Assembly: GCA_963790025.1 (NCBI GenBank)
Contig: CAWBMP010000002.1
Span: 224,001-288,000 of the forward strand
Direction of reading: 5' to 3'
DNA from: Nitrospirota bacterium
Lineage (GTDB): Bacteria; Nitrospirota; Thermodesulfovibrionia; Thermodesulfovibrionales; Dissulfurispiraceae
DNA length: 64,000 nt
Program-made: the position numbers and the translations under genes
In this document: piece after piece, positions 38,369-48,613 of the stretch
Layout of the letters: every line of letters begins with the position of its first letter
Numbering within the stretch: the first letter of the stretch is position 1
Notes under the pieces: model-generated
Databases searched by the model: none
Seen by the model: only the letters and a program-made list of their open reading frames with translations
Told to the model about the DNA's origin: nothing

Positions 38369-39326
38369 AGCTGTCTACATTTAATTTTTTTTCTTCAGGC
38401 TGTTTTATAAAAAGGCGCAAAGGCCAAACTTTTTTAATAGAGCCCATAACTTCCTTTGCGTCATCGGCTACATCATTGCTCTTTTCGACGAGGGAAGGAA
38501 CCTGCGGAGCGGCCTGCTCTGCGGCCTTTCTTAATACCTCAGTCGTCTTCTGGACGTTTTCGAGGCTTTTGCCGGTCTTATCCAGAAGGTCAGGCAGATC
38601 TTTGTCGATTCTCTTTATTATGGCGCCCGTGCCTGATATTGTCTGTTTGGTTGTATCGAGAACAGAATCGACGTTCCTGAAAGAGGTGGAAAGGTTTTTA
38701 TCTGTGTTGACCAGCAGGGCATCAAGCTTCTGCCTTGTAATGTTGACATCTTTTGAAAGCGTATTGATATTTCTCATAGTCTGTTTTATATCACCGTCGG
38801 GGTCATTGATATAAGCTATAATTTGCTTTAAATCCTTGAGTGCCGGCGTTATTTCATCCTTCAATTCTCCCGCAATCTCGCTAATACCCTTCTCCCTCCG
38901 GAAAGGGAGCATCACCTCTCCAACAGCCTCTTTTGCATTTTCAGAGCCCGGGGTTATTTCTATAATGCTGTCTCCGATGAGCCCTTCTCTCATAAGCCTG
39001 GCCCTCGAGTCGATCTTTACCCATTTCATATATTGGTTGTTTATCGACAGCTCAACTCTCACCTTTGCATTTTCTTCCAATGATATTGACTTTACCCTGC
39101 CTATTTTAAATCCGCTGAGCTTTACTGCCTGGCCCTCATTGATATCATATCCGCTGTCGGCCATGAGATAGACGCTTGTCTTTCGGGTAAAAATGTCCTG
39201 CCGCATACCTATAAAGATTATTATTACTAAAATAGCAGCAACAGCCGCCAGGATAAATAGACCCACTTTCTTCTGAATATCCGCATAACGCCGATCAGTA
39301 TCTTTCAAGATTCCCATATTGCCCAT
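38361..39326 (-). CDS. mlaD: MCE/MlaD family protein with long helical C-terminus
   Basis: KVGLFIL TM helix, G..VKLSGFKIGRVKSI, GLIGD.IIEITPG. Confidence 0.85.
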   Translation of the reverse strand: MGNMGILKDTDRRYADIQKKVGLFILAAVAAILVIIIFIGMRQDIFTRKTSVYLMADSGYDINEGQAVKLSGFKIGRVKSISLEENAKVRVELSINNQYMKWVKIDSRARLMREGLIGDSIIEITPGSENAKEAVGEVMLPFRREKGISEIAGELKDEITPALKDLKQIIAYINDPDGDIKQTMRNINTLSKDVNITRQKLDALLVNTDKNLSTSFRNVDSVLDTTKQTISGTGAIIKRIDKDLPDLLDKTGKSLENVQKTTEVLRKAAEQAAPQVPSLVEKSNDVADDAKEVMGSIKKVWPLRLFIKQPEEKKLNVDSYE

Positions 39327-39976
39327 TTTCTATTGATCTGCTTTAAGGTCATATCGGATTCCACATGCTGCATCGATTTCTCATCCACGCTTATGTAAAC
39401 AGAAATCCTGCCGACTTTCCTCAAATGAAAATCCTGTGTCAATCTTCCCAAACCCTCAGTCTCCTCAGAGGGGAGATCTTTAAAGGGCGCATCATAGATT
39501 ATCAGTTCCGGTTCTGTGAGCATTGCCCTTACCAGACCTGCCATCCTCTTTTCGTGCGGCGTCAGGTGTCCCGGCATTTTGCCCATAAACCCCGAAAGAT
39601 TTTCTCCGCCTATTTTTAGCGCTCTGCATAACGCAATAACTTTGTCTTCCAGGTCATCAGGCCGTTTCCCCTGCTGATAATATGACGGAAGTATAACATT
39701 TTCCCAGACCGTAAGACTGCTGAGCAGCCTGCCATCCTGCCACACCATCCCCACCCTGCTCAGGACTTTAAATAGTTCCTGTTCCGGAATGGAATAGATA
39801 CTTTTGCCCAACAGAAAGACCCTCCCGGCGAGCGGCTTACGCAGACCCACGATGGTATCTAGAAGCACCTGCTTTTCGTGTCTGGAATTTGCTATTATCT
39901 TGCAGCGGCAGCCGGATCTTACCTCAAATGAGGCGTAGTCGAAGCTCTCCGTAGTAACATTCTCAAATTGTATCAT
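39305..39976 (-). CDS. mlaF: MlaF-like ABC ATPase with degenerate Walker A, signature and Walker B
   Basis: Lies between mlaE and mlaD and retains GMVWQ..LLSSLTVWENVILP and RAML.EPELIIYD, but the canonical motifs are altered. Confidence 0.7.
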   Translation of the reverse strand: MIQFENVTTESFDYASFEVRSGCRCKIIANSRHEKQVLLDTIVGLRKPLAGRVFLLGKSIYSIPEQELFKVLSRVGMVWQDGRLLSSLTVWENVILPSYYQQGKRPDDLEDKVIALCRALKIGGENLSGFMGKMPGHLTPHEKRMAGLVRAMLTEPELIIYDAPFKDLPSEETEGLGRLTQDFHLRKVGRISVYISVDEKSMQHVESDMTLKQINRKWAIWES

Positions 39977-40761
39977 AAGTACGATACAAGAGTGATCAAT
40001 CCGTCACAGATGAATACCGAAAACAGGCTGTGCATCACCGCTATAGTCGTAGCCCGCGGGATTTCAGTTATGGACGACTTTACCCGGAGTCCCTGATAAC
40101 ACGAGATAACGGAAATAACAAGACCGAAAACTATACTTTTCGACAACGATATGCCGATTTCAAAAAAATTGAGGGCCGAGAATATGACCAGTGCATGCTG
40201 GAAGAAGGAAGTACCGGTGAATAGTGATGACACAAACAACCCTCCTATAACAGACACTATCTGAAAATAGACGGTCAGAATCAGCACCGAGACAGTAATA
40301 CCTGTTACCCTGGGGACAACAATGTAATTCAGGGGAGAAATACCCATGACCTTCAATCCGTCTATTTCTCCATTAATCTTCATGGAGCCAAGTTCTACGG
40401 TCAATGCGGCGCCACTCCTCGCTATAATTATTATGACCGTCAGCAGAGGCCCAAGTTCTCTGACTACTGTCCATATTAAAATTTTTCCGGCAAGAGCAGC
40501 ATTCATACCTGTAATACTGGTTGTCTGAGTAATAATTACGACTCCTATAAGACAGGCTATGATGGAAACCGTCTTAAGCGCCTGTATCCCGGTAAAATAT
40601 ATCTGTCTGTAAAGGATTGTCCGTACAGGCTCAATTTTCAGGGATGAAATACGTCTTAAAGCATTGTAGAGCAGCCGGTAGGGGGCCGCGAAATGAGTAA
40701 AGGCATCAATAGTGTATTCGCCGACTTTCTGCACATTCAGGGCATGTATCATTAAATGCAT
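39973..40761 (-). CDS. mlaE: MlaE family ABC permease
   Basis: QIYFTG, VRELGPLL....ARSGAA...ELGSMK..GEID.L..MGISP..YIVVPR. Confidence 0.9.
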   Translation of the reverse strand: MHLMIHALNVQKVGEYTIDAFTHFAAPYRLLYNALRRISSLKIEPVRTILYRQIYFTGIQALKTVSIIACLIGVVIITQTTSITGMNAALAGKILIWTVVRELGPLLTVIIIIARSGAALTVELGSMKINGEIDGLKVMGISPLNYIVVPRVTGITVSVLILTVYFQIVSVIGGLFVSSLFTGTSFFQHALVIFSALNFFEIGISLSKSIVFGLVISVISCYQGLRVKSSITEIPRATTIAVMHSLFSVFICDGLITLVSYL

Positions 40762-40812
40762 TTTATCATATTGACATCATTATTGGGAGAACGGCTTTTT
40801 ACGGAACCGTCA

Positions 40813-43745
40813 TTACTTTGGGAGGGTAAGGCTGAACGTGCTTCCTTCCCCTGGAACACTTGCGACCCATATCCTGCCACCGTGTGCCTCGACAATTGTT
40901 TTGGCAATGGACAGACCAAGGCCCGAACCCTTTGTGTCCCTGCTCACGCGATAGAATGCGTCAAAAATATAAGGGATATGATTTTCAGGGATGCCGACCC
41001 CCGTGTCTATCACCTGCGCAAGAACATCCTTTTCTCTTTCAAAAAGCTTAATTGTAACGGTCCCCCCGGGATTCGTATATCTTATCGCATTGTCAAGGAG
41101 ATTGGTAAAAACCCTGCTGATCATTGGAGAATCGACACTTACAGTAAATGAGGCAGACTCCGGCGTCTTCTCATAAAGAACAGTAATGTTTTTATTGTCC
41201 GCTTCCAGTTTTTCAGTGTCGATCAACTTTGCCAAAATAACGTCCAAATCATATGCAGCCGGTATTGGTTTGCATTCTTTTGCCTCAAATCTTGAAAATT
41301 CGAGGAAATCGCGCACCAACTCTTCCAATTTTTTCAGTTCATCATTTATTACATCAAGACACCCCTGCTCCATTTCCGAACGAGAGTCTCTTTTACAGGC
41401 CCGCAGCCTCGCTAAAAACCCCCCGCCGTTATCACGGGATTCTTCATATCATGGGCAAACATAGAGAGGATGTTCTTTCGTTCCCTTTCCAATCTATTTT
41501 GTTCGGTAATGTCCTCTATAATGACCACAAACCCACCCGAGGGGTCCTTAAATGGGCTTATATATATTCTGAAGGTTTTCTGTTCGGTTGTCCGGCACGT
41601 AATGTCCAGTTTCTGGTTCTGCCTGAAAACATCCTCCGGAATCCAGGGGAGTAACGCCAGTATGTTTTTTTCTGATGCATTTTCTTTTTCAATCCCGGCC
41701 ATTGCCTCCATTTCCTTGTTCCAGTATTTGACTTTCAACAATGAATCAATCGTGATAATGCCCACAGGCGCACTTTCAATGATGTTTTCAGTGAATTCCT
41801 CCAGATACGACAACTCCCGGTTGGCTTCCGCAAGTTCATGACTCGAAAGCCTCAGGCTTTCGGTGATTTGCTTTATGGATTCAGATAGGTCTTCACGTTC
41901 TTTTTCCGTTAACACAAATTTGTTTTTAAAAATGATGGCTGCCATTGAAGAACCTATGGCGCCCGAGAGTATCTTTTCCGCTTCGTCCCGCAGTTCAAAG
42001 AGGTCTTTTGGCGTGAGTTCATCTGAATTTTTCTTTTTTTGGTCCAAAAAATTTACTAGTACACCCTTTGCCTGGGGCCTACCAAGATACCTGGCAAGAA
42101 TGTCCTCAACATCATTATGTGTGAATGATCCGCCTGGTCCCAATCCCTTAACTCTCTCATAGGATTCAACAAAAATGAGTGATTGGATCTCCTCTTCCCC
42201 GGACCGTTTGGTAAATAGTGATACCCCAACATATAGGCCCAGGTTGAAAAGCATACTCCAGAAGAGGGCATGCCCCCACTTCCCCAGTCCTTTTATTCCA
42301 AAGAGATGGTTCGGATTGAACATCTCAGAATTGATCAAAAATGTGATAATTCCCTTATTCTGTAAAATCCCTGCCGTCATCAGGGCAGGCAGGATGAGAG
42401 TATAGGTCAGGATGACAAAACCGGCAATAAGGCCGGTAATGGCCCCTTTTTTATTCCCGCTCTTCCAGTACAGGCCGAGCAGGAATGCAGGTGCAAAGAG
42501 TGTCACAGCTTCGAACGATTTGAGCCCCATGTCTACAAGACTGTAGTATTCACCCATAAGATGTGTAAAGAGATACCCTAAAAGGACGACCCCAAGGATA
42601 ACAAGCCTTTTCATATTTAGAATAATACCCGGGAACCTGGGACTGTCCTGGAATCCCATAAGTGAGGGCATAATGATGCTGTTCATGACCATGGTGCTCA
42701 GGGCGAGAGACTCAACAATCACCATGCTCGTTGCCGCAGAAAAACCGCCTATGAAGGCCAGCAGTGAGAGGTATTTCTTCCCGTGATTCAGCGGCAAGGT
42801 GAGGACGAAATAATCAGCCTCTTTCAGAATGCCCCCAAGAAGCAGACCGCCGGAGGCAATAGGGACCACAAAAATATTTATCATGAAGAGGTACAATGGA
42901 AACAGCCAGGCAGCTTTTGCGATATGGGCCTCATCATAATTCTCCACAACCGCCATGTGAAATTGACGGGGTAAAAACATGATCGCCATCATGGAAAGAA
43001 AGAGAATAGCAAACCATTCGGAATAAGGAGTTCCCGACCCGGCCCCAAGAATCAGGAGATCCGAGAATCCGGACCCTCTGATCCGGGAAAGGACATCAGC
43101 AAAGCCGTCGAACAGGCCGTAAGTCACAAAAAGGCCGACGAGAATGAAGGCCGCTAATTTAATCAGGGACTCAAAGGCAATTGCAAAGACAAGCCCGCTG
43201 TGCCTTTCTGAAAAATCAAGGCGGCGTGCTCCAAAGATGATCGCGAACATTCCCAGAAAAAGAGTGACAAAAAGGCCCAGGGCAATGCCCGCTGCAGTTT
43301 TGCCTGATATTATCGCAAAAGTGCTGATTATAGCCTTGATCTGCAAACCAAGATATGGCGCTATGCCGGCAACGGCCACAAAGGTAACAAGGGCGTTGAG
43401 GAAAAGGGATTTCCCGTACCGTGAACTAATAAAATCCGATATGGTGGTAATCCTGTTTATCTTTGCAATTCTTACTATCCTCCTAAGGAGAATCACCCAT
43501 AAGGCCGCTATAAGGGTCGGCCCTAAATAAACAGGGAGAAAGGACAGCCCGGAGGTTGCAGCCTTGCCGACGCTCCCGTAAAAAGTCCAGGATGTGCAGT
43601 ATACGGCAAGAGAAAGAGAATAGATATAAGGGTTGTTGACAATGCTCTTCCCGGTACGTTCCTTTTTTTCCGCATAGTATGCTAGGGCAAAAAGGAGGAT
43701 TAGATAGCAGAAAGTAACAGCGAAAAGATTGAATGGTGCAAACAT
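40813..43745 (-). pseudogene. SLC5/sodium:solute-symporter-domain sensor histidine kinase (CbrA/CrbS-like), split by a -1 frameshift at 41414-41424
   Basis: ORF 41412..43745 carries YSLSLAVYCTSWTFYGSVG, LPRQFH, a PAS domain and the H-box AHDMKNP. ORF 40813..41373 carries the rest of HisKA plus NLLDNAIRY, DTGVGI and GSGLGL. The two frames join at GGGGGGTTTTTAG. Confidence 0.8.
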
Positions 43746-43753
43746 GGCGGAGC

Positions 43754-43954
43754 CTAAGGTTTCTTATACCGATTAGTTTTATAGTCCACAAAAGCCACAG
43801 ACGCGATATAGACGAGCCAGAAGATGAAGAGGTATGCAATCAACTCTGCACGGAATATCTCTAACAGAGGCCAGCTCAGGCATAATAATCCAAGAGCAAA
43901 AATAAATATGAGAATTTCAAGAGCACCCAATATTGCCCCCCTCATCTTTCGCAA
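43754..43954 (-). CDS. Small two-TM membrane protein upstream of the SLC5 kinase
   Basis: 66-aa hydrophobic ORF ending 8 nt before the kinase start; small partner genes often precede SLC5-type genes. Confidence 0.6.
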   Translation of the reverse strand: MRKMRGAILGALEILIFIFALGLLCLSWPLLEIFRAELIAYLFIFWLVYIASVAFVDYKTNRYKKP

Positions 43955-44055
43955 ATCGCTTGCCGGCGTTCGAGAGCTTTAAGTCCTTGAAAATATTATA
44001 TCACTGTCTCTTATACACCGCAATTTAAGGCAGTGGGTCGTATACGGGGCAGATC

Positions 44056-44085
44056 TTGACAAAGGCCATAAAAGCGTGATAGCTT
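44056..44085 (+). promoter_or_regulatory. Putative sigma70 promoter of the Fur-family gene
   Basis: TTGACA (44056-61), 18-nt spacer, TG-n-TAGCTT. Confidence 0.4.
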
Positions 44086-44108
44086 CATAATTAGGAGTGA
44101 TTCCGAAC

Positions 44109-44558
44109 ATGAAGCGCAGCCCGGGACATAAGGAAATCGAACTGAAGATGATAGCCGGCCTCCGGGAGAAAGGGTATAAGCTGACCCCGCAGAGGCTTGA
44201 GACCATCAAAATTCTGGCGCATGACCAATCGCATCCCGGGGCCATGGATATTTTGCACAAGTTAAAGAAAACAGCACCGAAGATAAGCATGTCGACGGTC
44301 TATTACACCCTGGACATTCTGAAAAAGGAGGGACTGGTACAGGAACTTGAATTTTACGACAGGGACAACCGCTACGATGTTAACGTGTCGAGTCATATCA
44401 ATCTCATCTGCAAGAAGTGCGGAAAGATAGAGGATTTTGCGGGACCGCTGCCCTTCTCTTCTGAAACGATAGAAGGTAAAACCGGTTTTCGCCCTGTAGG
44501 AATGCGGTTCGAATTTTACGGGTTCTGTAAAAGGTGCAGGCGCAAGAAGCTGCTGTGA
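44109..44558 (+). CDS. Fur family transcriptional regulator (PerR-like by context)
   Basis: GYKLTPQR...HP.A...ISMSTVY, RYD.N...HINLICKKCGKIED, C-terminal CKRC; directly upstream of a catalase remnant. Start could be 44097 or 44109. Confidence 0.88.
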   Translation: MKRSPGHKEIELKMIAGLREKGYKLTPQRLETIKILAHDQSHPGAMDILHKLKKTAPKISMSTVYYTLDILKKEGLVQELEFYDRDNRYDVNVSSHINLICKKCGKIEDFAGPLPFSSETIEGKTGFRPVGMRFEFYGFCKRCRRKKLL

Positions 44559-44651
44559 CGGTTCATGGCGTGGGCAGTAATTCGCTGTCTGGTGAAATTA
44601 ATTTGAACGTTCTGCTTAGGGCAGATACTAAAATTAAGAATGGAGGTTGTT

Positions 44652-44865
44652 ATGGCAGAAAAAACTAACCACCAACGGCGGCGCTCCCGTCGTTGACAAC
44701 CGGAACATCATGACCGCAGGGAAGCACGGACCCGCGCTCCTGCAGGATGTCTGGTTCCTGGAGAAACTCGCACACTTTGACGGGGAGGCAATCCCGGATC
44801 GCCGCATGCACGCCAAGGGAGCAGCGGACGCACTAGGCATCCCGCTGAGCGAAATACTCAAATAG
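44652..44865 (+). pseudogene. katA: Internally deleted monofunctional haem catalase remnant
   Basis: [45 protein letters not shown] (catalase N-terminus including the distal His) joined to [13 protein letters not shown]. The RBS-backed ATG 44652 is out of frame in an A6 run. Confidence 0.85.
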
Positions 44866-44984
44866 TCAGAGAGTAGTCTTCGGACAGAGGCAGTCAGCGC
44901 GGGAACATATTTATAAACTTGATAATCATCATGCTATGGACTGGTGGTCTCCACCCGTCCCCGGAAAAAAGGAGGTACAAACTA

Positions 44985-45374
44985 ATGACAGGTTATGTTG
45001 GTCCTATTGAGAAGGCGACGTTAAATAACAACTTCTTCCGTCAAGTACTATTCACCGGCAAATACAGCCAGCTTGTGGTGATGTGTTTGCAGCCTAATGA
45101 GGAAATCGGCAACGAAGTACACTCTAACGTCGACCAGTTCTTCCGCATTGAAGAAGGTAATGCTAAATTCGTTTTAAATAACAAGGAGGAGCATCTTGTC
45201 GGTGATGGTGACGCGGTTGTGGTGCCTGCCGGCGCATACCACAACGTGATCAATACGTCTTCGACCAAACCGCTCAGGCTATACACCGTATACACTCCTC
45301 CGAATCATCCTGACGGGACGGTGCACAAGACCAAGGCCGAAGCAGATGCAGCGGAGGCCGCGGAACACCACTAA
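44985..45374 (+). CDS. Cupin domain protein
   Basis: From ATG 44985 (GGAGG RBS): FRQVLFTG...QLVVM, EIGNEVH..VDQFFRIEEG, VVVPAGAYHNVIN, YTVYTPPNH. Confidence 0.9.
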   Translation: MTGYVGPIEKATLNNNFFRQVLFTGKYSQLVVMCLQPNEEIGNEVHSNVDQFFRIEEGNAKFVLNNKEEHLVGDGDAVVVPAGAYHNVINTSSTKPLRLYTVYTPPNHPDGTVHKTKAEADAAEAAEHH

Positions 45375-45660
45375 ATTTATTGCGGCCGTCTATTTTCTTG
45401 GTATAGAGTCTTTTCTTTCCTAATATATGCTGAGAAAATAGACGCTGCTGTCAAATCCTCATCAATGATAAACGGTTTACAGGCAGGATTGCCAAAGCCG
45501 GGTTACACTTCAATCGGTTTTATGATGAGCACAACCGCCATGACTACGAATACTATAGTTTCGGAGGCAGGCCCCCAGTACCAACAATGAATGTGTTATA
45601 ATTTGCAGCGTCATACTTCTAATACGAATCTCTTACTGACATCGTGGGAGGCCCAAAAAA

Positions 45661-45831
45661 ATGACAATAAAAAAAACTATTCAGTTCAGGAACTGGCCGA
45701 TGTTTTGGAAAATCGGTACAGTTCCGTCGCTCGCAATGGGCATGGTGGGGCTGGCAATGATTTTATGGTTCGTACCGTTGGTTCAGGAGACGATGAGCGA
45801 CAAAATTAGCACAGAAGTAAATCTGGTATAA
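45661..45831 (+). pseudogene. 56-aa single-TM ORF resembling a truncated chemoreceptor/sensor N-terminus
   Basis: GGGAGG RBS; MTIKKTIQFRNWPMFWKIGTVPSLAMGMVGLAMILWFVPLVQETMSDKISTEVNLV*. Below the ORF-track size cutoff. Confidence 0.4.
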
Positions 45832-45839
45832 TTTAACAT

Positions 45840-46199
45840 ATGTATTTCTTCATACACCTTTTCATTAATACGATTGCGCTCTGGGTGGCTGCAAAAGTCG
45901 TTTCGGGCATCACGTACCACGGGCCATGGCATGGGCTGCTGCTCGTTGCGGTGGTCTTTGGGGTCTTGAATGCGTTTGTGCGGCCGGTCCTGAAATTACT
46001 ATCTTTCCCTCTCGTCATTTTGACGCTCGGACTATTTATTTTTGTGCTTAACGCCTTTATGCTCTGGCTTACCAGCGCAGCATCAAAGGCCCTCGACCTT
46101 GGATTCGTTGTTGCCGGTTTCTGGCCCGCTTTATGGGGTGGACTTGTCATCAGCATTATCAATATGATCATGTCCGTCCTGATCAACCACCAGGAGTAA
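45840..46199 (+). CDS. YvlD-like 4-TM membrane protein (phage holin family annotation)
   Basis: GVLNAFVRPVLKLLSFPLVILTLGLF.FVLNA.ML...GF.VAGFWPALWGGLVISI. Confidence 0.85.
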   Translation: MYFFIHLFINTIALWVAAKVVSGITYHGPWHGLLLVAVVFGVLNAFVRPVLKLLSFPLVILTLGLFIFVLNAFMLWLTSAASKALDLGFVVAGFWPALWGGLVISIINMIMSVLINHQE

Positions 46200-46204
46200 A
46201 TTCA

Positions 46205-48607
46205 TTGCTGCAAAATGAGCCGCTCGGTTCCTTCTCCATAAATCTTCTTGAATTCAACAAGCTGCTCGGGATAATCGCCGACTTTGCTCACAGCGGGGCA
46301 TCGCGGGATGCGGTGCTCTCAATGCGTCCTCTGGGTGACAGGAGCAGTATTGAAAAGAGACTCGGGCAAACCGGCGAGATCATGAGGATATATGACGGAG
46401 GCGGCACGCTCTCGATACTCCCTTTCTCCGACATCACGCCGCTGCTTGCAAGGTTGGCCCCTGAAGGCGCTGTGCTCGAAGGAGCGGAACTCGCTGAATT
46501 CATACCCGTGCTCGAAAACATGACCGGTATCGCATCCCAGATAAGACAGCGTGGCGACCTCCTTCTCTTGAATGAACTTGCAAGCACGCTGACGGGATTC
46601 CCGGAAATCCTCCGTGTTCTGGAGGGGTCGCTTGACAGCGAGGGCACAATCCTCGACAGTGCCTCCCATACACTTGCAGAACTGCGGGGCCGGATACGCA
46701 GGCTCGAAAGCAGGATACGGAAAAAGCTTGAAGAGATAGTAAGGAACGGAAATGTCGCCGTCTTTTTGCAGGATGATTTTATTACAACGAGGTCCGGCAG
46801 GTGGGTAATCCCCGTAAGAATGGATTCCAAGGGACAGGTCCCCGGGGTTGTGCATGATGTCTCAAAGTCAGGGGAGACTGCGTTTGTAGAACCGCTGGCA
46901 ATCATCAACCTGGCTAACGAACTTGAAAACCTCGTCGCAGGGCAAAGAGCCGAAGAAATACGCATCTTGAGAGTGATGACCGCACAAATCCGCTCAGTGG
47001 CCGGTGACCTGGATAGCCAGTATCGTATTGTAGTTTACCTCGATGCCTTGCGCTGTATTGCAACGTTTGCCCTGATGTTCCGCATGCAGGTCCCGCAAAT
47101 CGCTGAAAAAAGCGTGCCGGGCACTATCAGGCTGGTGGACGCACGCCATCCTCTTCTTATGATAGCCCAAAAAAATAGGGACGACGCCCATTCCCCATTT
47201 TTCAATGTTGTCCCTCTTAATGTTACGCTCGGGGGCGACCACACGGTGATGGTGATCACCGGTTCCAATGCCGGCGGAAAAACTATAGCCATTAAAACGA
47301 TCGGCCTGCTTCAGATCATGGCGCTGACCGGTATGCCGGTACCCGCTGATTCCGCATCGAGCTTCCCGCTGTTTGACAAGCTGCTGCTCGATATCGGAGA
47401 CGAACAGTCAATCGAAAACAATCTATCCACTTTTTCGGGACATGTGGCGAATATTTCGAGAATATTGAAGACGGCTGATACACGGTCACTGGTACTGATA
47501 GATGAACTGGGCACCGGAACAGACCCTGACGAGGGAGGCGCCCTCGCTTGCGCTGTCCTGAAAGAACTCAGGGAATGCAGGGCCCTTGTTTTTGCAACCA
47601 CTCACCTCACGGACATAAAAGGTTTTGTGTACAGGACCGAGGGCATGCTGAACGCCTCTATGGAATTTGATCAAAATACCCTGACCCCCCTGTACCGGTT
47701 GAGGACAGGAGAACCGGGACAGTCTCACGCATTGGATATAGCGCGGCGATGCGGTTTGCCCGACACAATTATCGATTCGGCAAAGGCCATGCTCGGCGGC
47801 ATGAAAGTGGAATTTGATAACCTGATATCCGACCTGAGTGAAAAGAGGGCCCGTTATGAAAAGGAACTGGACGAAATCGGGAAGGAGCGCCTGGAAATAG
47901 CGGGAAAGAACAGGGCACTCGAGGTCGCACTGTCCGAGGCGGAAGCGAGACAAAAAGATTTACTTGCAAACGCGCATAGGGAGGCCGCTGAGATTGTTGC
48001 GAAGTCAAAAAGAGAGATGCATGCCCTGCTCGACGAGGTCAGGAAGAAGGATAGGGAGACAAGCCGGAACGCGATAAAACAGGCAGAGCTGCTACAGGAG
48101 AACATTGCCGCGAAAATCAGTGAATATGAAGGTCCAGCACACGGCACCCCGTCAATCGATGAGATCATGGAGGGTGATGTGGTATATGTCAAATCACTGG
48201 CCGGTGACGCCCCTGTTGTGGAAATAAATTTAAAGCATAACCGCATCAAGGTGGAGTCCGGAGGTAAAGAAGTCGACGTGCCGGTATCCGACATAGGATA
48301 CCGTCGGGGCAAGCAGGCAGTAGCGCGTCAGGAGACTATAAACATACTTAATCCTGATGAGAAGACCTCTTCACGAATCAACCTCGTGGGGATGAGGGTT
48401 GATGAAGCGCTCTCGCAGCTTGAGCCTTTTCTTAACCACGCATCACTTGCGGGGTTCACCGAGGTTATAGTTGTCCACGGGATCGGAGCTGGAATCCTGC
48501 TGAAGGCAGTGAGGGAGCACCTTGAGGGCCACCCCCTTGTGAAGGGCTTCAGAAGCGGGGTACCACGCGAAGGCGGCAGCGGAGTGACCGTAGTAACAAT
48601 GGCATAA
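46205..48607 (+). CDS. mutS2: Endonuclease MutS2
   Basis: LLEF.K, GVVHDVSKSGETAFVEP, ITGSNAGGKT, DIGDEQSIE.NLSTFS, DELGTGTDP.EG, Smr domain VHGIGAGIL...GGSGVT. Start is uncertain (TTG 46205 with AGGAG). Confidence 0.93.
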   Translation: MLQNEPLGSFSINLLEFNKLLGIIADFAHSGASRDAVLSMRPLGDRSSIEKRLGQTGEIMRIYDGGGTLSILPFSDITPLLARLAPEGAVLEGAELAEFIPVLENMTGIASQIRQRGDLLLLNELASTLTGFPEILRVLEGSLDSEGTILDSASHTLAELRGRIRRLESRIRKKLEEIVRNGNVAVFLQDDFITTRSGRWVIPVRMDSKGQVPGVVHDVSKSGETAFVEPLAIINLANELENLVAGQRAEEIRILRVMTAQIRSVAGDLDSQYRIVVYLDALRCIATFALMFRMQVPQIAEKSVPGTIRLVDARHPLLMIAQKNRDDAHSPFFNVVPLNVTLGGDHTVMVITGSNAGGKTIAIKTIGLLQIMALTGMPVPADSASSFPLFDKLLLDIGDEQSIENNLSTFSGHVANISRILKTADTRSLVLIDELGTGTDPDEGGALACAVLKELRECRALVFATTHLTDIKGFVYRTEGMLNASMEFDQNTLTPLYRLRTGEPGQSHALDIARRCGLPDTIIDSAKAMLGGMKVEFDNLISDLSEKRARYEKELDEIGKERLEIAGKNRALEVALSEAEARQKDLLANAHREAAEIVAKSKREMHALLDEVRKKDRETSRNAIKQAELLQENIAAKISEYEGPAHGTPSIDEIMEGDVVYVKSLAGDAPVVEINLKHNRIKVESGGKEVDVPVSDIGYRRGKQAVARQETINILNPDEKTSSRINLVGMRVDEALSQLEPFLNHASLAGFTEVIVVHGIGAGILLKAVREHLEGHPLVKGFRSGVPREGGSGVTVVTMA

Positions 48608-48613
48608 ATAAAA

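Noticed and set aside
45387..45444. Inverted repeat after the cupin gene
   Set aside because: Long loop and no U-tract; function not supportable.
45840..46199. Prophage signal from the holin-family annotation
   Set aside because: YvlD-like proteins are common chromosomal genes, and there are no phage genes nearby.
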